Assembly (NCBI GenBank): GCA_950097015.1
Contig: CATNEN010000039.1
Coordinates: 14,198,001-14,262,000 of the forward strand
Length of the DNA stretch: 64,000 nt
Source: Macrostomum hystrix
Lineage: Eukaryota > Animalia > Platyhelminthes
Direction of reading: 5' to 3'
Part shown: piece after piece, positions 1-10,300 of the stretch
Numbering within the stretch: the first letter of the stretch is position 1
Layout: the number at the start of each line of letters is the position of its first letter
Position numbers and translations under genes: made by a program
The notes under the pieces: model-generated
What the model saw: only the letters and a program-made list of their open reading frames with translations
What the model was told of the DNA's origin: nothing
Database searches by the model: none

Positions 1-489
1 TGGGTTTTGATGCTCCTCCATCATCGGACATTTTGCAACCACGCTCTGCTACCAATTAATGTTCAGCAGACTATAAGATAAATTAAGGCTTCAACAACGA
101 TGACTCGTAAATTTGTTAATTGACTATAATCTGCCACCAAACGCTGAGCGCAAAAACAACTCTTTAACTATTATAAGTCAGCATTCCACATTTATTAAAG
201 CTCCAGTGCGGCCAACCTCAAATCAAAATTGGGGTGGGGCAGGCGAGGTAGGCTGACTGATGGACTTGCGTACATATACAGTACAAAAGAGAGATAAGCC
301 TTCACAACAGAAAATACATCCAATATGGGATGCCGCTGATCCTACATCCGAGATCCTACATCTCATTCGACAGACCTCAGATCCCAAATCGCAGATCCTG
401 AATCGCACATTCCGAATCGTGATTGAAAAAGCACTTTCAAGTTCCTATCAACCCGAATAATAATAGAGAGCGGAGAGACAGGATTTTGA

Positions 490-776
490 AGTGTCTGGGT
501 GGGGTCTCACAATGAGTCATGCTCATGGGATTGTTTACACTGCTCTTTCCACCACTTTGCAGAACGATGCTGCGGAAGCAACGACTGACAAGACTGAAGA
601 GGCACAAAAAAGATATTAGACATTGAGGCCTTGGCAACAAGACATTATAGTTGAGACACGCTTAGAAGATGAGACAGTGGAGAGATGAGACGGACAAAAA
701 GTTAAAGGGGAGAAATGAGAGAGGAAAAATAAATTGATGAGACACGAAAGATATGTGACACCATCTTAGATAAGAT
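490..776 (+). repeat. ~290-bp interspersed repeat (copies at 29950, 33037, 45571, 48646)
   Basis: AGTGTCTGGGTGGGGTCTCACAATGAGTCATGCTC...TCTTAGATAAGAT occurs twice per full unit as diverged copies. Confidence 0.75.
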
Positions 777-791
777 TTCTTGTCTGGGTTC

Positions 792-1097
792 TCTAACAGT
801 CTTGGTATCTAACAGTCATGGGTGTCTAACAGTCTTTGGTGTCTAACAGTCTTGGGTGTCTAACAGTCTTGGGTGTCTAACAGTCTTGGGTGTCTAACAG
901 TCTTGGGTGTCTAACAGTCTTGGGTGCCTAACAGTCTTGGGTGTCTAACAGTCTTTGGTGTCTAACAGTCTTGGGTGTCTAACAGTCTTGGGTGTCTAAC
1001 AGTCTTGGGTGTCTAACAGTCTTGGGTGTCTAACAGTCTTGGGTGTCTAACAGTCTTGGGTGCCTAACAGTCTTGGGTCTCTAACAGTCTTGGGTGT
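792..1097 (+). repeat. 17-bp minisatellite (TCTAACAGTCTTGGGTG); also at 30252-30387 and 45873-46008
   Basis: About 18 units here and about 8 in the other copies. Confidence 0.95.
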
Positions 1098-1405
1098 CTG
1101 TTTGTGTAGCCTATTTCGGGTCACTGTGTGCCTCAGTTTTGCAGTTTTAACTCTCTTTTTCGTCTGGGCAAAAGTTATAGCTTTGCTTCGTTCGTGTGCA
1201 ATAAAACGCTTATATAGCTCACAGGAACGCTATCAACAAAGAACTGACGTCATAGAGAAGCAGCTGAGAGTTTCTTGTGTCAGGCAATTTTATTGAAGGA
1301 AGGACTTAGAAGCCGTTGAGTACAACAGGCATTGCTGCTCGCATATAAGTGCATAAGAAGGTCGATTACGTCAACCTCGTTTGACCCACTCACAAACCCT
1401 GCAAG

Positions 1406-1860
1406 AGCAGCAGCAGCAGCAACAACCCTATCTGCATCCTTTACAGAAACAGCAGCAGCAGCAACTACAACCCTATATGCATCCTTTACAGAAACAGCAA
1501 CAGCAGCAGCAACTACAACCCTATCTGCATCCATTACAGAAACAGCAGCAGCAGCAGCAACTACAACCCTATCTGCATCCTTTACAGAAACAGCAGCAGC
1601 AGCAGCAACTACAACCCTATCTGCATCCTTTACAGAAACAGCAACAGCAGCAGCAACTACAACCCTATCTGCATCCTTTACAGAAACAGCAGCAGCAGCA
1701 GCAACTACAACCCTATCTGCATCCTTTACAGAAACAGCAACAGCAGCAGCAACTACAACCCTATCTGCATCCTTTACAGAAACAGCAGCAGCAGCAGCAA
1801 CTACAACCCTATCTGCATCCTTTACAGAAACAGCAGCAGCAGCAGCAACTACAACCCTAT
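1406..1860 (+). repeat. 45/48-bp CAG-containing minisatellite, U0
   Basis: Units of GAAA(CAG)nCAACTACAACCCTATCTGCATCCTTTACA. Confidence 0.95.
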
Positions 1861-1976
1861 TAGTCATGTCGTTTGTGGCTTTTCTTTTCTTCTGCTTTCT
1901 TTTCTCTTTTAGTGTGAGTCACCTCGCACTGTGAGCGTTGGTTACCTCGAGAGGGCGAACTGAGTTCGGTTCGGTT

Positions 1977-2527
1977 CAGCGCGGCCCCAGCCTCTCAGGA
2001 ACCGCCTCCGCTGGGTGACCAGCCAGCAAGCCTATCTTCAGCGCGGCCCCAGCCTCTCAGGAACCGCCTCCGCTGGGTGACCAGCCAGCAAGCCTATCTT
2101 CAGCGCGGCCCCAGCCTCTCAGGAACCACCTCCGCTGGGTGACCAGCCAGCAAGCCTATCTTCAGCGCGGCCCCAGCCTCTCAGGAACCACCTCCGCTGG
2201 GTGACCAGCCAGCAAGCCTATCTTCAGCGCGGCCCCAGCCTCTCAGGAACCGCCTCCGCTGGGTGACCAGCCAGCAAGCCTATCTTCAGCGCGGCCCCAG
2301 CCTCTCAGGAACCGCCTCCGCTGGGTGACCAGCCAGCAAGCCTATCTTCAGCGCGGCCCCAGCCTCTCAGGAACCACCTCCGCTGGGTGACCAGCCAGCA
2401 AGCCTATCTTCAGCGCGGCCCCAGCCTCTCAGGAACCGCCTCCGCTGGGTGACCAGCCAGCAAGCCTATCTTCAGTGCGGCCCCAGCCTCTCAGGAACCG
2501 CCTCCGCTGGGTGACCAGCCAGCAAGC
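1977..2527 (+). repeat. 62-bp GC-rich minisatellite (~9 units)
   Basis: CAGCGCGGCCCCAGCCTCTCAGGAACCGCCTCCGCTGGGTGACCAGCCAGCAAGCCTATCTT. Confidence 0.95.
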
Positions 2528-3033
2528 ATCGAAGAACTACAATCAAGTAGGCAGCATTCACAGACAAAAAAAATTACACACTGCTGCAACCATGAACAAG
2601 GTCAGTAAAAAATCATTAAACTGATGTACCATAAAGAAGTCTATATTCGAAAATGATACACCAGACAAGATCTTTAAGGGCTTCATTCATCGATTCAATC
2701 AAGCCCTGCATTCCACGTCCAAATGTTCTGTGAGGACCAACTTCGCTTGCTTCTGGGAAGAATGGACTGTCATGGCTGCACCTGGATGCCTTGCAGGAGG
2801 AATTGTTAAGGCTGTTAACTTTTCCAACAAACCCGTTTCGGAAGCGGTCTAAAGAAATTAAAGGAATTAATTAAACGAAGCGCAACAATTTCAAACAGGC
2901 AAGAGAGGCTAGGTTTTTAGGGCACTTGACAGTAACATAGCCATGCAGGCACGAGTATCGGCCGATACAAACAAATTCCAATTTTCTAGCTCCTGTACTG
3001 CAGTAAAATACTGAAATAGTTGTTTTGCACATT

Positions 3034-3872
3034 AGTAGTATGCAAGAGGGGGCTTCTAGGACAAAAATAATCGCAGCCTCCATTATCCACAAACCATTAC
3101 TTTTATTATTCCCGAAGAGATCAGGAAAAAAAGGGTCCTCGCCCCTCTAAAAACTCCGTCTCCATATTCTAAATTCTCTACTTTTAATATCCCACATCAG
3201 TTTGTAAGTTGAATATCTAGGACAAAAATTATCGCAGCCTCCTTAATGCACAAACCATTACCTTTCCTGAAGGAACAAGGTTCCCCCGCCAAAAAAATAC
3301 TTTCCAGTTTGTGAACTTGGACAAAAAAAATTATCGCAGCCACTCCCTAAGAGATCATGCACAAAATAGCGAAGCTGCAAAAAGCGTGCCAAGACAATCA
3401 AATTAGCACTAAAATCCCAATCAAGACCCCAAACCTTGGGTGCTCATCCTCCGAAAAAAAATTAAATTCTTATTAAAAATGCTCCCAATCGTCTCTCCAG
3501 GATCTTATTACAAAAGGCATGAGCCTAATTACAAGAGTAAGTACCAATGCAAACAAGAATGCAGCGAGTACATGAAGAAATATTGTCCCAACGTCGATAT
3601 CAATGTCCCTAATATTAATCTAGCAGTTAAGAGTCACTGGTTTCATAAGTATGGAGCAATTATAAAGGACTACGACAGCTACTATAACTTTGCAGAAATC
3701 ATTAAGCAGCTTACATTCTCTCAATTGTCAACGTCAATACAAACTCTTCACCGTTGAAATCAACGCCAACACCATCTTCCGTCTCAAACTGCAGCACAAT
3801 CTCGTGAATCTCCTTATTACTTAGCACAACTCTTTTCACCGGATTTGGTTTCTCTACCAGCATCTGTCCTCC
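3034..3872 (+). repeat. Left TIR of the Polinton (839 bp)
   Basis: Reverse complement of 17577-18415; the match ends after CATCTGTCCTCC. The only mismatches noticed are at 3657, 3660 and 3661. Confidence 0.95.
3479..3757 (+). CDS. TIR-encoded 92-aa hypothetical protein (Cys/Tyr/Lys-rich), left copy
   Basis: ATG at 3479 lies in the same TTAAAAATG context as the other element genes. The ORF track starts it at GTG 3440. Confidence 0.55.
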   Translation: MLPIVSPGSYYKRHEPNYKSKYQCKQECSEYMKKYCPNVDINVPNINLAVKSHWFHKYGAIIKDYDSYYNFAEIIKQLTFSQLSTSIQTLHR

Positions 3873-4082
3873 CGGAACTCCTCCAGAAATCGAAAAGCAA
3901 ACTTAAAAGCTTTCTAAAACATACTGAGTTGGTAGTTCAATGATTCACAAGTATATTTACATAAGATGCAAAGGAGGAAAAAGCTGACACTATGAGTGCG
4001 CAGTGTCATCCGGTTGAGAATTTCCTCCGCGACGTGCGAGCTAGTTGCAAGGCTGGAAATGAATGAAGGTAGAGAAAGAACA

Positions 4083-4323
4083 AGATATTGTATAGACCCA
4101 CACACAATCCAAAATCAATATTATTCGGATCCAGAATAATATTGATTTTCCTCGTGCTCATTTCGTGTACAGCAAATCGTATAGGGCAGAGTTCTTCCAG
4201 ATATTGATATTGTAGACCCTCACACAATCCAAAATCGATATTATTCGGATCCAGAATAATATTGATTTTCTAGCTCCTGCTCATTTCATGTACAGCAAAT
4301 TGCATAGGGCAGAGTTCTTCCAG
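4083..4323. repeat. ~120-bp direct repeat x2, each unit containing a 39-bp near-perfect palindrome
   Basis: AAAATC(A/G)ATATTATTC-GGATCCA-GAATAATATTGATTTT at 4111-4149 and 4231-4269. Confidence 0.9.
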
Positions 4324-4372
4324 GGTTGATATAGATTTATACTTACTGGGTATACGCGCGCGTATTGTGTCT

Positions 4373-5201
4373 TTAATCCTGCTGCATATCCTCGGTTCCA
4401 CCAGCTGCTGCCACATTTGCCGCCCCAGGAATAACAACGTTACCATGAGCACCTTCTGGCATTTGATTGGCTTGCGGAACTGTTGGGTCAGTCCAAATAT
4501 TTGCGTCGCGTTGGAAGCGGTACTCACTTAAAATGAGAGTAGCATTATCCAACAAGAAAGAAACTCGGACTTTACAGTGTTGCAACCGAGGCAGCGATGT
4601 CAGAAGTTCATAGATTTTGAGCTTCTTCTGCACCTCATGTTCCTTAACACCAAAAGTTTCCGCAACCCGCCGATTTGATGCCCGATGTCTGGATTTTTCC
4701 TTCTTATATATAAGCCCCATACAGAAAGCCGCAGCAACAGACTTTCCATCCGCCTGTTGCTCCGTTTGCAAGAGTTCCGTATGGTGCGTACTATAAAAAT
4801 CGTCCGAATCCATTTTGAATTCGGCAACAAAGTTCCTCATTTGTTGATAACTAAGAAGCAAATCTTCATCAGCAAAAAATGATCGGCGAAGTTCGGCAAA
4901 CACCATTTCGGTTCTCATGGCATAGTTGCGATCCTGGACCTCCATGGCCGCTCTTGACCGAATTCGCTGGTTCTCAACTTTTTCATTGAAGAAATGATGA
5001 AGAACTTCTCGAATTCTCTCTGATGCCTGTTCGTTGGCATGCAATCCTTCAACGAGGCGACCGTGGAGATTTTCTAGTTCAGTTGAGTAGAACGTAATTT
5101 TTTGTGGACTAAAAAGAACGATTTAATTAAAAAAAAGATATATTTCAATTCTTACCACAGGATTATCAGGAAGTAAAAATAAATAAATAAACTTACAACA
5201 T
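4373..5201 (-). CDS. Spliced Polinton gene, ~246 aa, with an HTH-like segment; join(5201..5197, 5108..4373)
   Basis: ATG TT|GTAAGT ... 88-nt intron ... CTTTTTAG|T CCA restores the frame (MFPQKITFYSTELENLHGRLVEGLHANEQ...). The frame is open to 5122 with no upstream ATG. SNRRVAETFGVKEHEVQKKL resembles a helix-turn-helix. Confidence 0.75.
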
Positions 5202-5282
5202 GATGAAATCAGCAGCCACAACAGTGGAGTATCGTGCGTGACGAAGAACGTTCGCGGGTGAAATGAGCTGAATTTGCTTGAA

Positions 5283-5741
5283 TCACTCTGCGCTCTCAAC
5301 ACCCAGCTCTTTCAGCAGAACTCCTAGTTCTTTACTTGGAGCATGCAATATAAAGCCAATTCCACCACCACCCACCCCACCAAGCCCCAACCCCAACTTT
5401 GTCTTACCAAAAATAACAGCTTTAACTAGCTTCCGAGCGATCGATTCCCTCCACCCGCTTGAAGCCGCCATATTGTCTAGCATTCTGAGCATTTCTTTGT
5501 CCCAGCGAGTCTTCTCCTCTGGAAAATCCCTATACTTAATATCATGCCACATACAGACAGAGTCTAGCTCGTTCACTGGCTCATGCCCAGGATTTGGATT
5601 ATTGTTTTTATCTAGCTGTATTTCAAGCGGATTCAAAGGCCCGCAATATTTGTAGCCGGGAATTGTCCAGCCTTTGTTTGGATGAGGAAGCTTTTCTACC
5701 AGTCCATGTGAGTCTAAGTTTCCACCAAAGCGTTGCATCAT
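5283..5741 (-). CDS. Parvovirus VP1u-type phospholipase A2
   Basis: Ca-loop motif PGYKYCGPLNP and catalytic helix PVNELDSVCMWHDIKY (HDxxY), followed by DKEML. Confidence 0.9.
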   Translation of the reverse strand: MMQRFGGNLDSHGLVEKLPHPNKGWTIPGYKYCGPLNPLEIQLDKNNNPNPGHEPVNELDSVCMWHDIKYRDFPEEKTRWDKEMLRMLDNMAASSGWRESIARKLVKAVIFGKTKLGLGLGGVGGGGIGFILHAPSKELGVLLKELGVESAE

Positions 5742-5767
5742 TTTTATAAAAAATTAAATAAAAAATA

Positions 5768-6757
5768 ATGACAGATCAGAAACTTCAAAAGCTCTACTAC
5801 AGCGACAAAGGATTCTTTGTAGGAAAAAATGCAGTCACCAAACTCGCGGAACTAAGTAATGAATCAAAACAAACAGTTGAAAGATGGCTCTCTAAGCAAG
5901 CAGTTTACCAAGTCTATTTCCCACCTGTTAAATTTGCAAGACCTCACTTTAACATCTATAAACCTAATGAAGCGCACCAAGCAGATCTTCTGTTTCTCCC
6001 CAACGACTCAGGCTACAAGTATGCTCTCACAGTTATAGACATTGCCTCCAGATATAAGGAAGCGAGACCGCTTAAGACTAAGAAGTCAGAAGCAGTTGCA
6101 GCTGCCCTCCAAGACATTTACAAAAACTCACCGCTCACATACCCCCAAACCTTTATGACTGATCCTGGCAAAGAATTCATGGGAGCAGTCAAATCCCTTA
6201 TGGAAAAGAACAATACGAAAATGCGCTATGGAAGAACTGAGCTCCATAGAGACCAGGCTTTTGTTGAAAGATTCAATCTAACTCTAGCAAAGAGACTTTT
6301 CACAAAGCAGACAGCTGAAGAGCTGAAACTAAAAAGTGGCCAATACTATACCAAGTGGACAGAAAGACTCCCCGCAGTAATAAGTCAACTGAACAATGAA
6401 GTATCTCGAATGACAAACCTGAAACCAAATACTGCCATCAAACAAGACACAGTTGAATCAAAACATCCGATCGCCAATTTCAACTATCCAAAGCTCCCTG
6501 GCGTTTATTCTCCGGAAATTCTTACTAACTCTGAATTCGTTCGCTTCCTTTACTTACCAGGAGAGCTGGAGAAGGACACAAAGAGAAGAGCAACAGACCC
6601 ATACTTTAGTCTTGATGTACATAAGATAAACAGGCATTTCACATCAGCATCCGGCGATTACTATTTTCTATCCCAAGACTTTAATTCAAAAGCCCCCACA
6701 CGATCATTCACAAGGGCTGAGCTTCTAGTGATTCCACATGACACAGAAATAAATTAA
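5768..6757 (+). CDS. Retroviral-like (rve) DDE integrase
   Basis: Motifs HQADLLFL, LTVIDIASRY, TDPGKEF and QAFVERFNLTL; consistent with the 6-bp TSD. Confidence 0.96.
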   Translation: MTDQKLQKLYYSDKGFFVGKNAVTKLAELSNESKQTVERWLSKQAVYQVYFPPVKFARPHFNIYKPNEAHQADLLFLPNDSGYKYALTVIDIASRYKEARPLKTKKSEAVAAALQDIYKNSPLTYPQTFMTDPGKEFMGAVKSLMEKNNTKMRYGRTELHRDQAFVERFNLTLAKRLFTKQTAEELKLKSGQYYTKWTERLPAVISQLNNEVSRMTNLKPNTAIKQDTVESKHPIANFNYPKLPGVYSPEILTNSEFVRFLYLPGELEKDTKRRATDPYFSLDVHKINRHFTSASGDYYFLSQDFNSKAPTRSFTRAELLVIPHDTEIN

Positions 6758-6774
6758 ATTTTTTTTTAAATAAA

Positions 6775-7203
6775 ATGATTGAAACCAGAACCGTGAATAA
6801 AATCAGCAGAATTATCGACTCTAAGAAGCCAGGAGTTGTATCAATTAAAGGTGTCAAAGTCAAAGTAGATCCAATCCAGCATCTGATCCATTGTAACAAT
6901 CAAACGCACAATATCACTGATGAGAAGACAGGTGGGATTCTTCCTTTGCTAACTCTTATCCCCATCATCGCAGGTGCTCTTGGTGCTGCAGGAGGTGTAG
7001 CCGGCGGAGTTGCATCAGCTGTGAAGGCTGGCAATGACAGAGCACACCAACAAGAGATGGAGAAAATCGCTAGAGAAAAAGGAGTCAGAATCGGGGGTAG
7101 TTGTGAATCTGATGAATCAGCTGATGAATCAGTCAGCAAATCAGAAATCGTTAAAGCCATCATGACACTGCATAAAGCAGGATTTACAATACTCCGGATG
7201 TGA
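6775..7203 (+). CDS. Adenovirus pX (Mu precursor)-like core/membrane protein
   Basis: KTGG-ILPLLTLIPIIAGALGAAGGVAGGVASAV closely resembles the adenovirus pX C-terminus as recalled (MRGG-ILPLLIPLIAAAIGAVPGIASVA). Confidence 0.75.
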   Translation: MIETRTVNKISRIIDSKKPGVVSIKGVKVKVDPIQHLIHCNNQTHNITDEKTGGILPLLTLIPIIAGALGAAGGVAGGVASAVKAGNDRAHQQEMEKIAREKGVRIGGSCESDESADESVSKSEIVKAIMTLHKAGFTILRM

Positions 7204-7327
7204 AAACAGAACAGAACAGAATCTGCTCTCATAACTATATTTAGCACTGTTGGTAGTAGTATGCCATACTTTACACTTAACTTGAGGGTGACCACCCTAA
7301 ATTTTTTTTATAAAATTTTCATTAAAA

Positions 7328-10300
7328 ATGCCTAAAGCAAATCCAGAAAAAAAATTTGTCGAATCTTTCTTTCAAAATAATTGTCCTCAAGCTCAATCGT
7401 TTCAACAAAAAAGTCAAGTCCTGCAAGAGTTTTGCAGGCAGAAATTCAATCAAGATCCAGGCTACCTCGGGAGCTATGCAATACAGCAAGAAATTATTAA
7501 TCAGCTTCTGCATTCAGAGCAGTACACACCAGTGAAGAAGCCGGCGACTGAACACCAACAAAAGAGCCGCAGCTTAGTCAATAAGTATGAGACACTCACA
7601 GGTCAAAATGTGTCGAAATACCCACAGAATAAGCAAGAGCAAGAAGATCTAGAACGTACAATCCACCAGGTTGAAGCAGAGCTACAAGTAGAGCTACAAA
7701 CTGAAGACCTTAAATTTGCACAGAGAAAATTCACAGAGTATTATATTGAGTACACAATACAGGAAGACACCACAAATTCCCAATCCGACATTTACGACTT
7801 CAAAGACAGAATTCAATCAGTAATTGATCACACACTGAAGTCACGTAAGACCTTCAAGCTTCAGTTATCATTCAAGATTGAATTTTACATGCCTGCAAAA
7901 CCCAATGAGCGTCTTGAATACTACATGACAACTAAAGCTCTACCCTTTACTCCCACTGACACACAGGATCCCTTTCTTCAAGAGATCAGTAAAAAGATTG
8001 ACGCCTTTACTTCCAGAGGATCAGGTTGGGTTGTCAATGGCATTCAAAAAGCTACAGTAATGATCATGAAATATGACCCTCTCAAAGCTTCATCATATAT
8101 TGAGCTCCCGAAAAAGCTAGCGAGTAAAAAAGCTTGCATCAATGTGCAAAATTGTGACCAATGCTGCGCACTATGGGCCGTTCTGTCTGCAATATTGTAT
8201 GACAAGGATCGAGCCCACCCAGAGAGAATTTCTCATTATCAAGGTTTGTTCCAGCATTATCATCTCATCTGCCATGCTAAAGGAATTTCCTTCAATAGAG
8301 GCGGCTTGGCAATCGATCAAATCCCAAAGCTAGAGGAAGTCTTTAACAATAAAATCAGAATCACAGTCTTTGAATGGAATGAGAAGAGCGAAAAAGTACA
8401 ATTAGTCAGAGCCAGTAAAAACACGCTAGATCCTGAAGGTGGGCGTCGCATAGATGTCGATCTTCTAATCATAGGTGATTTGCGAGAAAATGCCCACTAC
8501 GTTTGGATTAAAGATCTTTCCAGGCTCCTCCACAAGCAAATGAACAATCATCATGAATCGGTAGCAATCTGTCGTCTTTGTCTGAAGCATTATAGTGGAC
8601 CCGATCGTGATGAAAAACTTAAAGAGCATGAACTGACCTGTGAAGATCATCCAACCAACTGCACACTTCCAACGGATAAGCATCTCAGATTTAAGAGTTA
8701 TCACAAGATGGAGAAGCTCCCGTTTATAGTATACGCTGACTTTGAATGCACTATAAACCCTGAAACCAATAAGCATGTCCCAAATTCTGTTGCATATCTC
8801 TTTATTGGAAGAGACTCTTTTATTTGCTCAAACTATTTCTTAGGTGACCAGTGTGTTGAACAATTCATTTACTCGATGATGGAATTACAGAAAAATGTTG
8901 CTGCCATTCAGCCTGTTCCAATAATTATGTCCGATCAAGATGAAATCGACTTCGGATCTGCAACTCATTGTCACATTTGCCGAAAGCTATTAACACCCTG
9001 CGACGTCAAAAACCACACAGTCAGAGACCACGATCACTTCACAGGAAAATTTAGAGGGGCAGCTCATAACACCTGTAATCTGAAACTTCAGAAAAACATC
9101 CGCGACCTTACCATTTTCTTCCATAACGGAAGGGGATATGATTATCACTTATTGGTTGAGAAGCTGGGTATGATACCAGGCATTAAACTAGATTGCATCG
9201 CAGAGAACAAAGAAAAGTTTAAGTGCATTGATATTAAGCGAGATTCAGGCAAGATTAAGATCAAAGATTCATTCCAGTTTCTGGCCGCAAGTCTCGATGC
9301 TTTGAGTAAAAATCTCACCGATGACCAATGTACTTATACCAAGATGCTGGCAGATTCCCTCAATCCTAGAACCCCAGATTCATTTAAGCTTCTTAGAAAG
9401 AAAGGTGTCTACCCTTATGAATGTAATCACGTCTTTGCAGAACCACTACCACCCAAGGACAAGTTCTTTTCAAAGCTAACAAACTCTGGGATTTCTGATG
9501 AAGATTATGAGCATGCTCAGACTGTTTACAAACATTTTAACTGTCGAAACTTTCTTGATTATCACATGCTTTACCTTTGGACTGATGTCTTTCTTCTAGC
9601 TGATGTATTTGAAACCTTTAGAAAGACCTGGTACTCTGCTTATGGTCTCGACCCCGCTCATTATGTGTCTTTGCCTGCTACCAGTTGGGAATCATTGCTT
9701 AAAATGAAATGGGATCAAAATCCCAACTGGTACATCGAGCTGCTTACAGACATAGACATGTACAACTTTATAGATTCATCTAAGAGAGGTGGCATCTCTA
9801 TTTGTGTCCATAGGTATGCAAAGGCGAACAATCCGTATCTAGAAGACAATGATAAAGAAAAGCCTTCAAACTACATCATTTATCTGGATGCCAACAACCT
9901 CTATGGTTGGGCTATGAGCCAAGATTTACCTGTTAGAGATTTTAGGTGGCTAGATACTTATAAACTCGACTTTTCAATACCTGCGATCTATGAAGTTGAT
10001 GTTGAAATCCCATGGGAACTTCACGACTATTTCTCTGACTTTGCCCCCTTCCCTGAGAACATTAACTGTCCAAAGATAATCCAGTACAATGGAAGCTGGC
10101 AGCTATCTGAAAAAGAAAAAGAGCGTGTGAAGAAATTGACACAAAATCTCATGAACAAGACACGCTATAAAATCCACTTCAAACTGTTGCGGTATTTTAT
10201 CTCCCTAGGCTGTAGGGTCACGAAAGTTCACAGAGCTCTCGCATTCACAGAAGAAGCGTGGATGAAGCCATACATAGAAAAAAACACCCAGTTTAGAACT

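Noticed and set aside
1977-2527. CRISPR-like appearance of the regular repeats
   Set aside because: Head-to-tail units with no unique spacers, no cas genes, and a eukaryotic context.
2625-2848. Possible minus-strand host exon (acceptor CTTTAG, ~75 open codons) next to the Polinton insertion
   Set aside because: No recognisable domain or partner exons; cannot be supported without transcripts.
5278-5655. Antisense and overlapping ORFs in the Polinton (5278-5655, 6900-7295, 13866-14330, 15604-16305)
   Set aside because: Shadows of well-supported genes on the opposite strand, lacking the element's A-rich ATG context.
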